64,000 nucleotides of DNA from positions 421,173-485,172 of the forward strand of contig JAQGDQ010000007.1 in assembly GCA_030141605.1 (NCBI GenBank), given 5' to 3'. How positions within the stretch are numbered: position 1 is the stretch's first letter; every line of letters starts with the position of its first letter. A program made the position numbers and the translations under genes. The notes under the pieces were generated by a model. The model saw only the letters and a program-made list of their open reading frames with translations, made no database searches and was not told the DNA's origin. The DNA comes from Tubiluchus corallicola. Its lineage: Eukaryota; Animalia; Priapulida. Of this stretch, positions 15,401-29,304 are shown one piece after another.

Positions 15401-18400
15401 AACAGAATTTTGACTGAATTTATTTTGACCGATAGGCAGTGACTCTTTAGTAGTATTTAGTAATAATTTAAAATAATTTATATTGTTTAATTATAAATAA
15501 CGCTATATTTCATAATTATATCAGTTTGACACTGTCAATGGCTCTCAATTCTTAATGAATATACTGGTTTTCATATATTTACAAGTAACCCATATTATTT
15601 TTATCTTTTTCTTTAGCACCACATAAGTATCAAGGCTGTTTTGCATATTATAAACCTGACATATTCTTTCCACAAACGGAGTCGCTCGTGCAAGTTACCA
15701 ACGATTTAGATATTGTGTGTGTAACAATGTGCAGGGATAAAGGATATTACTTCAGCGGCTTCTATCCTTCTCTAACTGATGAATACATCTGCAGATGTGG
15801 CAATGGATTTCCATTTGATAAATTTTCCTTGAACTGTGAAAGTTGCACAAAAACAACAACTGGAACATGTCCTGGAAAAAATGCTATTTCCGTTTACACT
15901 ACTGAAAGTGAGTATTTTTTTACTGACTGTTGTTATTGTGATCAATATTGAAGTCTTTGGCAGTAATATTTCTTACTTCTTGAAAGGTTGTCGTTTGCAA
16001 ATCCCAAGTAGACAGTTTTCATATTAGCCTGGTAGAACTGGTAGCCATTCTGTTTCACATTAGTCTGTTACATGTCTAGTAAATGTATCTATGACTTTCT
16101 AATAAGCTGCAGTGACAAGGTTTTTTCTTTATTGTAAATGTTTTCTGTTAAATTTCATAAACATTGCTATTAAACTTCATTACCAAATACAGGAACTTTG
16201 TTAGTAGAAGACCGGACGATTGTGTAGACTCAATCTCATTTTAATCTACTGTCCAAAATAAACATTCTCTTGCCTATAAAAGTTAACAATTGTTCCTTAT
16301 GTTTGAATAATTAGCTTAGAAAGTTAATTAATGGCAACCGAACACAGCTATTGTATTGCTTGCGTCACAAACTAACCACGGTTCATGCAATGGCAGGCGT
16401 CTTCCCTGTCAAGCACATTTGCATAGGTGTTACAGTACTGCTTAGATGCATGATGTCATGAAAAATGGGCTCTAGATCATATAGACGTCAGAAACTAATA
16501 CCGCAGTTCATGGTCATGCTTATCACGGTACCGTCGTCTATTTGTCGGTCACGCGAATGTGAAAAAAAGGTGCCGCTGCCAATCTTAGTAGATTCACTGA
16601 GCCGTGCTTAGCTTTGAAAGTTTAACGAAATTTGAGTATCCGAGGTAATTATTATTTAATTTAAGCTTTGATTTAAAATAAGCTATTGCAGTTTTCAATA
16701 TTTTAGAGCATTCTTTATTCTGAACTCGTGTTTACACAATCATCCGGTTTTCCTTTAATAAGCTTTCACTGGGAAATATGAAGCAACAGCTTTAACATGA
16801 GTTCCACACTTTTTGATTGCACATTAACAAAAATTTTTGTGCTTTAGAAAAATTGTGTTTCTTTGCGATTTTTGCTAGATTTTTGTTTTGTACTTGTTTG
16901 TGAAAATGTGCAATTTTCAAGTAGCAAATAGAAATACATAGTCAGTGATTAATATACGATTTGGTTGCAACACGTATAACTTTGACAGCATATGCAGTTG
17001 TACTGATGCTTCTACACTAACTTTACTCTAGTATATCCAGTTTTGACAAACCTATTTGGTTGCCATTAGAACAAGAATTGGGTCAAAACACTCATGTCAC
17101 AGTGAGTCTGTCAAGCATAACCATAATTTGAACGAGCATTAGGATTTGCTAGCAATTTATTGTTATTGGATTATTGTTTGGTTCTACCTACAAAGTATAA
17201 AAATTTAAATAAAAATCTGTGCTCGATCATTTCTGATATTAGATTGCTTCACTTTCTATATTTAAATTACAAATCTAATTTAAAGAAAAAAGCAGCAAGT
17301 TTACATGCATTTACAAATCTGATTTAAAGAGAAAAACAGTAAGTTTGCATATGTAGTTGTGAATTTGTATACCAAGATTTTAGAACATCAAGAGTTTAGT
17401 GAAAGCACACTTATCATTACACTGCCATAACTTAAATGCCATGTACACTCGATCTCCTTCTTCCACCTATCTTCTGCCTTATTGTCTTATAGCGCCAAAA
17501 TTAGTATCTAACGAAATTGAAGATTCTAAACTAAATTTAAAACAATTTTACAATATAGACTGAACTCAACAAGTGCTAATCGAGTTTTTCTTAGATAATT
17601 ATTTTTATTCATATAACAGCTTTCTCCTCTAGCTTGTGAATTTTAAGGTCCCAACTTCTAGGGAAATTTGACTGAGGTAACATATGCCTGCTCAGAAACA
17701 ACAAAGAAAATTTACTTTTTTGAGCTATGCAACAAGTTTGCTTTACTATTGTGAACAATTCTTTTTTGTAGATTATGCAGTCGAGTCAGACATCTTAGGT
17801 TGTTGGGAAAATACAGGCCTGAATGCAACAGAAAGAGATATGGTTTATCGTTCATCTGGAATAGTAAACTTAACACCAGATAAATGTAGGTTGCATTGTG
17901 CTGAACTTGATTATGCATATGCTGGCTTGGAAAATGGTACAATCTGTTACTGTGGAAATACATATGGAAGATATGCACCTGCTAGAAACCCTTGCAATCT
18001 CAAATGTGGAAGTGAAAGTGAACAGTGTAATTTATTTGACGAATCTTGTTTCACTTGTGGTGGTTCGTCGGCAATAGAGGTGCATCCTACAAACAGTAAG
18101 TGCATTAGCAATTTTAATATTCAAGGCTAAATAGAAATATTTTTAGAAACATAATCGGTGCATTTTTAAAGTGTTCAGCCAAAAAAAGGCTAAAGGTGCT
18201 TGTGGTACTCAACTTGACTATAGGAAAAGTGGCCATTTGAACTCATTTTTATAATTTGGACGACTTCCAAAATGTGTAAGAAAACCTGTCTGATGTAGGC
18301 AGTTAGGTAATACTGAACTAAGATGATCTTACAAAAAGGCAAGTAAGAAAGCTTATTGACGAGTGGTTGTCGAATTCTGATCTCCACAGATGCCTTACCC

Positions 18401-21400
18401 ACTTATAATTGATGCCATGTTGAGGTAACTGACTGATCAATTGGCTTCATGAATAACTAAAGCAGAAAAATATTTGGAAGGGTATCAGTACAGTTGCTTA
18501 TTTTTTCGATCTTAAATTTCTAGAGAAGATTTTGAATTAAGCACACGTTGGAACTCATATTTTACTTGTACAAGATTTAAGGTATATTTATACAAAATTT
18601 AACATCATCGTTATCGTCATCATTGTTGTTGATGTCTTCATCGGCATCATCATCATCACCATCACCATCATCGTCATTATTGTCAAAAATCAGTCACTTG
18701 ATCCTTCATGTTGTGGTATTTAGAGCAATGATTTTTTTTATAGTTTAGGTACCATTTTTATGTTATCATTTGTGGTAAATATTTAGATGGTGCTTTAAGA
18801 TATTATCTCATGCTTTTTACTTTCTCTCGTTTTAATACTAGCTGCTTTTTTAGATTCAGAGTAATCCAGGGCGGTAATTTTTTTCTAATCTACTATTTGT
18901 TAAATGCCTTTGTTTAAGTATTCCAGCCTGGGGAAAAACTAAGAACTGGCTGCTACAGCTCCAGTCCAAGTTATAATTTGAACGATTCTACTACTGAGAT
19001 GCGATTGAGCATGACGCCCAAAATGTGTGTGCACCACTGTTTTGCATTTGGTAGGCACTTTTTTCCTTTTTGTATTAACCATTACTATGTTTGTGTTGCT
19101 GTTAAAAGAAAATTTGCGTAAAAATTAATTGCACTGTTTCTTTTTTGCTTTGTACTGATCTAAACTAAATGTAGATTATTAGTTTATGATGTAGTGCAGT
19201 TTTCATAATTTGAAATTATGTAAATTTTATACAGCACATGACTTTGCTGTGTTAACGAACCACGATGAATGCAAGTGTGCAAGCAATGTGGAATTTCAAG
19301 ATGCACAGGACACTAAACATTGTGCAAAGTGCATTGGTGCTTGGACTGGCAGAAACAACAATTACTTTGGTTTTTGTGGAAGACAAGCTTACATTAGCGT
19401 ATATAGGGTGTACTCTGGTATGCTCAATTATTTTATTTTTCTCAGCTATATTTAAGATGTAATATAATGTAATATTTTCACTTTAGACTAGTTCTTATTT
19501 AATGATGGTACCACCTTCCAGGAAGATCTGTCATTTAGTGAAACGTTGCTAAACGAAACAATGCCTTCCCTAAGATTTAATGTAAAAATGTTTAGTTGCA
19601 TTCTAGGAGCAAAAAACAGCATTGCTTGGTTAGGTAAAATGGCTAGCTGCTTTCAGAAAAGTAAAAATCCCTGAAGCGTGGCTATGTAAAAGTGATCAGT
19701 TATGTTACAGGAAAAAAAGCAATAACATTTTGCTTCTAAGTGAAACTCCATATCTGATTTATTGCTCACAGTTCTACATTACGTTTTTGTTTGTTTAATT
19801 GAAAAGCAATGAGTAACTGTAGTATGAAAATTAAAATCTAAATTTGAAAAATAAGTGCTTCCTCCTCAGGTTGCTTTCCTTTACATACTTTTCCTCCTCC
19901 TTTCTCTTTTTTCATAAAAAGTCCAACATTTCTTAATTAGATGTTTCCGTTTTTAGTCAGCACTTTCTTAGAACACTGCATTTTGCTTTTACTACGTCTT
20001 GTCGTACTTTTGACTACATTGTCTATCAGGGTCATTTGCAATGTTGTCTTTGTAACATCTAAAATGCGAATCAGACAAATGCGGCAATTAACTATGTAAC
20101 TTGGAAGTTTTCTCAACCAGAGGAATTTTGTCTGAATGTGGGAAAGCAATGAATCATTGCGGTCAACCTGGACAATCTGACTGATATGGCTGACTGCCTG
20201 CTATCAATTTATATTAACCTTGCATGACTAATTATTTTCCATGTAATAACCATTATTACCAGAGTAATAACCATACGGTGATCTGGGTTAATTATTGTGC
20301 TTCCTTTAGAGTGTGAGAGCAGTAAGCAGGATTTTGTGCTTAATGTAAGAAGTAAGAAATGGTCACGAAAGCGAAACGTGATATTAAGTGAAAAAAAGCT
20401 ATCAGAAGATTAGCATCGTTAAAACGAAACTTTGCTAGGTGGGGCTTTGCAAGCTATATAGCAAAGTGCAGCCTACTAGCAGGATGCACATGTTAATGTT
20501 TGATCAGTTAAACATAGAATGTTTATGTGAAGGTTAATGGTTACAGCACGTTCTCCTCTCTCAGTATTGGATCTTTACATGTTACAGACAGTGCCACAAT
20601 GCAGTATCTTAATGATCATTTTTTATGAATACTATGGTATGTTGACAATTTTTTAATTTGTGACTCACTTTACATTCTAGAATCAATGCTCACGTTTTGT
20701 ATTACTTTTATTTTCTACTTTACTTTTATTTAGTGTGGAAGCGAGCTGCTGACGATCATGAGTACAGAGGATGTTGGAGGTTTGCCCCGAATGTTACATT
20801 TTCATTGTCATTTTCCAGTCAGTCGGCTTTTGACTGCCTGTCCCAATGCCGACAGCAGCAACTTAGGGCTCCATTTGCTTTGATTGGGAAGGTAAACAAT
20901 GCATACACATGTTTTTGTGATGACTCCTTTGGTACAGGGAAAGCGATTGCTGCTTCAGGTGTTGCATGTCCAAGATGCCCTGGAGAAAACAGCGGTTTCT
21001 GTGGAGATCGTAACAATGTTTATGCCGTGTACGATACTGGAGGTAATGTAATAATAACCGTAATAATAATTTCTTCACTATTTACAGTGCTAAAATGTAT
21101 AAATAGAGAATGTAATAATAGAATATTACATCATTGCTAGCATTATCCTTTAGGAATTTAGGGATTCTGAAGTGCAGAAGGACCTTCTAAAAATTCCGTG
21201 TCATCATAGCATTAGAATTAGCTCGCATTAGAAATAATAACAATTAAATAGAAAAGCAATTTTTGGTAATTCGAAACAGTAGCAAGATTGAAAATCAGTT
21301 GCTTTGCAAGTTTATGCTGCTTTCTATCTGTGTGCGTTATTTCCTTCATCAGTGAGGCTGTATTTTCATCGCCTTTAGTTCGTTTGTTGGTTATGTTTCT

Positions 21401-24400
21401 GTCTGTACGCATTTTCTTGTTTTTCCTTTTGTTGAATTTTTTCTTCTTTTAGCACCACTTGAGTATCAAGGATGTTTTGCATATTATAAACCAGAGATAT
21501 ACTTCCCAGTTACTGAATCACTTGGAGGCGAGAACAATAACTTGGATAGTGTGTGTGAATTGTTATGCGAAAATAAAGGATATTTCTTTGGAAGCCTGCA
21601 CTATTCACAGATTGATAAGTACACATGTAGATGTGGCAATGGATTTCCATTCAGAAAGTTTTCACTAAATTGTCTTAGTTGTCAAGATACGGTTACTGGA
21701 GTTTGCCCTGATGGAAATGCAGTCCTTGTTTACGCTACCTCGAGTGAGTCTTTGTTGAGGATCTTAATGTACTAAATCAATAGGAGTTCCAATCTGTAAG
21801 AAAAATGAACTTTGACCAATGAAAAAGAAGTAGTATTAGTATTCTTTGATGTAGCCAGAACAAAACAATTTATTTTTTAATTACCATTACTTTCGTTAAT
21901 TTGCTTCTACGTGTTAGCGTTGCCTTGATACATTAAATACCTTTGGGATTAAAAGACTTTGCAAATGCATATTATGTGCTTTAGAGTTATTATTGTTTTC
22001 CTTCCTATATATACTAACCTTCGTATTGATCATGACCTGTAATTTTACTATTTACGTTTACTCATGTTTAAAATGTATGAACTCATTTTTGTACCTAATA
22101 AACAAATAAATAAAAGAAATATACTATTTGCCTGCATTATGGAATTTTCTAGATTATGGCCATGCATCAGATGTTTTGGGCTGCTGGGAAGATAATGTGG
22201 AAAGAGACATGGCATATATGGCAGTAACTATATTTGTGACACCAGAAGCATGCAAATTACATTGTTGGGAGCTCGACTATGCATTTGCAGGCTTGCAGAA
22301 TGGAACAGAGTGTTTTTGTGGAAATTCGTACGGAAGATATGGACCTGCCAGGAATCCGTGTAACATGAGATGCGGCAATGACACTGAGCTATGTAATGTG
22401 CATGATAATACTTGTTTAACTTGTGGCGGTGAATGGGCATTACTGGTGTATCCTACAGATGGTGAGTAAAATATGAATTTAAATGCATTCATCAAAAATG
22501 AAATTAATATTGTGAGTATTTTAAATGATATAAAAATCTTGTTACTGTCAAAAAAGTAAATAGGAGGTGTACTTTATTTAGGGCAGATTTTTTGTCAGAT
22601 AACAAAGATCAGTGTAACACGACTGTATCACAGCACTTTGCTTGGACTCAAAATGTGACTTTTTATTAACATTTATTTAAAATAATTGTTTAAAAAAAGC
22701 AAATTTTCAGTCAAACCCAGGCAAAGTGTTGGGACCCAGTCGTGTTACATTGACCTTTGCTGTCTGATAAGAAAATTGGACATTAATAAAGTACACTACA
22801 CATTTAATTTTTCAACACTTCGCTGGCTGCTTTAAAATTTGACTTGCTTGCATATCTGGTTAAATCTATGTGTATTAGCTGTTTGATTATATTTTTTACG
22901 TGATTGCATTGAAAATAATAACAGATTATTATTTCCACAATGTTGCAAATGTTAGTAACTAAAAAGTGTTAACTTAGTGTATTAATAAGTGCGAATAAAT
23001 GGTATATTTAAATAAATAGACACAAATAATTATCCATAATTACATGCTTAAAAATATTGCATTAACATGTAAAATACTAAGGAGATTAAAATACCAGGTA
23101 AAAATCTATAACTTAACAAATAATTGATGCTTGATACTAAGTTCACTCTGTCAGTAACTTAACAAATAATTGATACTTGATACCAAGTTCACTCTGCTAG
23201 TAACTTAACAAATAATTGATGCTTGATACCAAGTTCACTCTGCCACTAACTTAACAAATAATTGATGCTTGATACCAAGTTCACTTTGCTAGTAACTTAA
23301 CAAATAATTGATGCTTGACACAAAGTTCACTCTGCTAGTAACTTAACAAATAATTGATGCTTGATACCAAGTTCACTCTGCTAGTAGCTTAACAAATAAT
23401 TGATTCTTGATACTAAGTTCACTCTGCTAGTAACTTAACAAATAATTGATGCTTCACACTAAGTTCACTCTGCTAGTAACTTAACAAATAATTGATACTT
23501 GATACCAAGTTCACTTTGCCAGTAACTTAACAAATAATTGATGCTTGATACCAAGTTCACTGTGCTAGTAACTTAACAAATAATTGATGGTTGATACCAA
23601 GTTCACTCTGCTAGTAACTTAACAAATAATTGATGCTTGATACTAACTTAACAAATAATTGATGCTTGATACTAACTTAACAAATAATTGATACTTGATA
23701 CTAAGTTCACTCTGTTAGTAACTTAACAGATAATTAATGCTTGATACTAAGTTCACTCTGCTAGTAACTTAACAAATAATTGATACTTGATACGAAGTTC
23801 ACTCTGCTAGTAACTTAACAAATAATTGATACTTGATACGAAGTTCACTCTGCTAGTAACTTAACAAATAATTGATGCTTGATACCAAGTTCACTCTGCT
23901 AGTAACTTAACAAATAATTGATGCTTGATACCAAGTTCACTCAGCTAGTAACTTAACAAATAATTGATGCTTGATACTAAGTTCACTCTGCTAGTAACTT
24001 AACAAATAATTGATGCTTGATACTAAGTTCACTCTGTCAGTAACTTAACAAATAATTGATGGTTGATACTAAGTTCACTCTGTCAGTAACTTAACAAATA
24101 ATTGATACTTGATACCAAGTTCACTCTGTCAGTAACTTAACAAATAATTGATGCTTGATACCAAGTTCACTCTGTCAGTAACTTAACAAATAATTGATAC
24201 TTGATACGAAGTTCACTCTGCTAGTAACTTAACAGATAATTAATGCTTGATACCAAGTTCACTCTGCCAGTAACTTAACAAATAATTGATACTTGATACG
24301 AAGTTCACTCTGCTAGTAACTTAACAAATGATTGATACTTGATACCAAGTTCACTTTGCTAGTAACTTAACAAATAATTGATGCTTGATACCAAGTTCAC

Positions 24401-27400
24401 TCTGCTAGTAACTTAACAAATAACTGATGTTTGATACCATAAAGCATTTGGTTTTTCTGACTGATTGGAAGAGTATGTTCACCTGCCACCACTTTCTATA
24501 TTTGAATTTTAAATTTGGTGTAATTTGCCTACAAAAATTTTGCGTTGACAATTTCATGTTTATGACACAAAGCAGGTGCTTAGACATCATCATAAATTAC
24601 AACAGTGGTGTGTTTAAGGCACTCCTTTGAAGGTGGCATTTGAAGTCAGGCAGTTTGTCTAATTTTCATAGTTCACTTTTCATTTTCTTCGTCAAAATAC
24701 TGATATTTTCTCTGAAATTTTCCTTGTTGTTATAATCCCATGGTCAGTACAGTTAAATACATACATTAATACACATAATGTCTACCTTTGTGGAAACAGT
24801 GACCGTCAAATCATTTATACAAACAAGTCATATAATACGTTATCAATCAATCAGTTTCAAAACAAAAATGTTAAAAAAATGATCACAATTTCTGTAACAG
24901 ATTAAACAACTGACTGTGAAAAAAGGTCAAAAATATCTAAACAATGCACATAGTAGCTTAAAGTTGACAAGACTATGACTAAGTAATACTGTATATTAGT
25001 GATTGAATCAGGTCTTTATTTTTGGCATTTGTTTAGAAAATCATCGAGATTTATGAACCTAACTACTTGACTGCTAAACCAAGAATGTTTTGTATTGTTG
25101 AGTTAAACTGCATTTGGTTTTACTTTTTTACATAAGCATTTATGTTCGGAGAAGAACTGGGATCTGGTTGCTATAAACAAAATGATGCATACGTCTTTGA
25201 TGAGTCTACGATGTTAAGAAGAAAAAGCATGTCGGCAAGAATGTGTGTGAGTCACTGCTATGGATTGGGTATGTTTCATTTGCTAAACTATGCCATATAA
25301 TAAATGTCAATATGTGGGATAGGTGGCAGCATGGTATGCTATTTTTTGTTTCATATCATGCCTCAGTAATCGCAGAGTGCAAGTTTATAATGAAAAATAT
25401 CTCTTTTGGTGTATAAAATCAACATTGGTGTTCCTCAGGGCCCTGTTTCCTAGTTTGCTTTTAAGCTTGCTATTTATGATGATGATAATACTCTATAGCT
25501 ATGATATTTACAGCAAACATTCATTTAACAACTCCTGGTTAGGGACTGTGAATTGGTTTTGAAGTGGGGCCGAAACTGGATCGCCACATTTAATGCAAAG
25601 AAAAAGCTTTCTTGCCATTACACATTGCTCTGGATTTCTTTGGGGCATTTGTCACAAAATGAGCCTTATTGGGAGCAATTACTTCAATGGTACATTTATG
25701 TCACTCTAAATAAAAGTTTTTCCAAAAATAGTTTTTTCCTAAAAATCAAAATCAAAGCAGGTTTGCATTTAAAAAAAATCCACCTTCATATTTTTATCAG
25801 GTAAATAAACTATCTATATTATAATTGTACAGAGTGTTGTTCATTACCTAATTAATTTTGTTCTAAAAACACACAATTTGCTTTGAGCAGCTAATTAGTA
25901 ATTAATAACTTCCCTAGCTAAGAGCAAAGGATTGTGATGAAATCTGGGACACAGTTTAGTTTTTATCTCAAGTGGTGAAGTATACTTAGTTTCTGATCTC
26001 ATTACATTTTCTCATGTTTATTGTTCATGTCTGATCATTCATGCAATAAACTACTAGGTGATTATTTATATTTATGCAGGGCACAATTTTGGTGTGTTGA
26101 CAAGTTATGAAGAATGCAAGTGCACGAGTAGCGTAACCTTTCAAGATGAAGTTGACTCTTCCAAATGTGCAGCATGTGGTGGTTCGTGGAATGGGAGAAG
26201 AAATCACTGGGGTTTTTGTGGGAGGAAAGGTTATATTGGTGTATACAAGACCTATTCAGGTAGGTGTGAGATAAAATAACAAATAACTAAATCACTATTT
26301 GGTGACGATATTTTAATCAGTTGCTTTAAAAAAACTTTTGGAAGTTTGATATAACAAGCCTCAAGTTAAATTCTGAAACGTGTTGGCCTACTACAGTAAT
26401 GATATTTTCAAACTGCCCAGCAAGTTATAGCTGAAAACATCAGTCACCTACTCAAGCAGTTTTTAAAACAAAAATAATGTTGTATACGTTTGTCTGTAAT
26501 TATATATTTTTTGGTGTTTGGTATTATTTAGATTGACTTCATATGATTGTTTATTTTTCTACTTTTTTTAAGTTGCTATAATTATCTTAGAGTAGATTTC
26601 TTGTTGGAGAGGAGTATTTCAGAGGTTCAGTGTCTTTTTCGAAATTATAACTGATTTACTGGAGAAATCTTGGCGGTATTGGAGGGGTGGGTGGGGTGAT
26701 ACTTCAAGAAGAGCTATTGTTGAATAACAAGTGTTCCTTATTGTTGTAATGATAGCCTCTCAACATCGGATGAACCCTGCAAAACTGACTAGAATGATTG
26801 TATTGATAATCATTAGGTCTCCACAGGTATACGCATGCTTATATCTGACTGATTTCATGAGTCTCATGCGCTTATTTCTTAATCATTTTTAGCCGTATGA
26901 GCTAGGGTGACGAACTTCAGAGGGTCTATAGTTCTGAGTGGGGAAGGGCAGTAGCGTGGTAACCTTTGACCTCTGGTCAAGAGATCAGGACTGATGGTGT
27001 GATTTCGTTTTTCCGTAACTCTGTATCTCCTCTTAGGGCCTTTACTTTTTTCAATTTTTTTCACAAGTCTTCAGTATTATTCGGTGGATGTTTGCCTGGG
27101 GCTTTAAAAAGCTGGGACTTCCCAGGCTGGATATAGGAGCAAAATATGAAAATTAAAGGATCAAAGGTCACAGCGACAGTAGCAATTGGGACCAATGACC
27201 TTATCATTCAGTTCTCTTACAGTATTGAACCAAGAGTCTTATGTTTTTGCATGTGTGGATAGCTAAGTAAAGGTAGATGTGCACTAGGTATTTATCTGAA
27301 AGTGGGCATGGCCAGGCCACATGGCATGTGAAAAACTGTTATAGTAGAATTTTGTCAATAACTGGAAAAGTAAACAGGCTGGAATCACGAAACTTGCGAG

Positions 27401-29260
27401 GGCAGGTACCTTGCATGCAGTCTAACATTGTATTGGACATGTTGCATAGCTAGCATCGAAACACTATCAAATGAATGAGTTATTTGTAACAAGACTGTTG
27501 ATTTGACCCTGGTGATCTTATACAATACTGTTTGGTTTGATAAAAAGAATATTTAAAATCAGTAGTTTTTTAGTTGTATTCGCTAATTTTCTTATGATAA
27601 TGTTTTTTGGATGGGGTGTTTATCTACTGCTGCTTGTTTTATTTCTTTGTAGACTTTAAACTTCATAAGTTGCAAATTTTTGTCGCGGTTCGTAAAATGC
27701 TTTCTGTGCTTTTTATTATGTACAGTGTGGAGAGAAGCACGATATCAGTACAGAGGATGCTGGAGGTTCCCCCCTGGCATCACTTTCACAAAGTCGTTTA
27801 ATGGTGAAAATTCAGCGTATAGGTGCATGTCTCGTTGCTGGGCTGTCAGCAGGAAAGCAAAATTTATTGGCAGTTTTGCATTGATAGGAAGGAACAATAA
27901 TAATTATATTTGCCATTGTGATGACACCTTTGGAACAGGAAACGCTATAGGTGCTTCCAATGTGCCTTGTGAAAAATGCCCGGGTGACAGTGATGGTTTC
28001 TGTGGCACCACTGCTGATATCTATGCAGTCTATGACACTGGAGGTAATGTTTTGTTAAGTTATCTTCCCGATAGGTATTAGTGATGAACATTAAAATTTG
28101 AAGTATACAAAGAGGAAATCAGAAGGCTGCTCCTAATCTTTTTTCAACTGTGTTTTTGCACTTTTGAATAAATTTAATAGTGATAGGAGCTTTTAAGAGG
28201 GACTTAGCATGGTTACTGGTACATATTTCCAAGAATGGTGTATCCTGGTGGTCCTGGAATATTGAACTGTGATCATTAGAAAAATGTTATATGTTGGCAT
28301 GGTTATTAAAGCATTTATTGATTCTAGTAGACATAGTACACATATTTACAGCACATGCATGTTTTCTCTTTCAGCACCACATGAATATCAAGGATGTTTT
28401 CCGTATTATCGTTCAGTTACATTTTTCCCAGTTACGGAAAATCTCATGCAGACATCCAATACACTGGATGCCGACTGCGCTATAAAGTGCAGAGATCAAG
28501 GATATCTCTTTAGCAGCCTATTTTATATACAGACTCAATTTAGTTGTAAATGTGGAAATGGATTTCCTTTTCAAAAATTTTCTTCTGATTGCGGCAGTTG
28601 TACAAGGACAACAATTGGAATTTGTCCCGGAGAGAATGCGGTTACTGTTTATTCTACGGAAAGTGAGTATTTGACAATTACTGCAATAAGTAGTTAAATG
28701 CTGATGACGATAACAATGACAATGATAACTACAATGTCGATGGAACATCAATGACATTAACAAATAACAACTTTAAAACTGCATGTGGTGCCAGTCTATG
28801 GTACTCGTACAGGTTATTCTAACAGGTTTTTGCAAAATTTTTGTCTTTTCTTTGATACTCTATGTGCAGAGCCGGCTCTAGGTAATTTGATGCCCTAGGC
28901 AAAATTATTTTTAGCACCCTCTCCTTAATGGTCAAACCCTTTCCTCACGGTCCTTACAGCACTCTCCTAATATTGAATTTTTCTTGTATACATTGTAATA
29001 ATATACAACGACAGGTGCTTATTACGGGCTTATACATGTATTATAGTGTGCTAATTACTGTAGTTTTTACCTACAGCTGGTGCTGATTACCTTTGTAATT
29101 AAGTTATAACTTCTTGAATTTGAATTTGGATTGATATATGACTTGTCTCTTCCCATTTTTACCTTTCCTTTCCTTTATTCCATCCCCAAGACTTCGATTC
29201 TTAATGGTTTATCTTACACAGTTAGATAAATGCTATTGTGAGATTTTTTTATTAACAGAA

Positions 29261-29304
<44 letters not shown>

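Noticed and set aside
23109-24439. CRISPR array
   Set aside because: Units are contiguous with no unique spacers, there are no cas genes, and the context is a eukaryotic intron. It is a minisatellite.
26740-27440. GC-richer island with gacctttgacc/aaaggtca motifs as a named transposon
   Set aside because: Probably an interspersed repeat, but I could not define termini, TSD or coding motifs.
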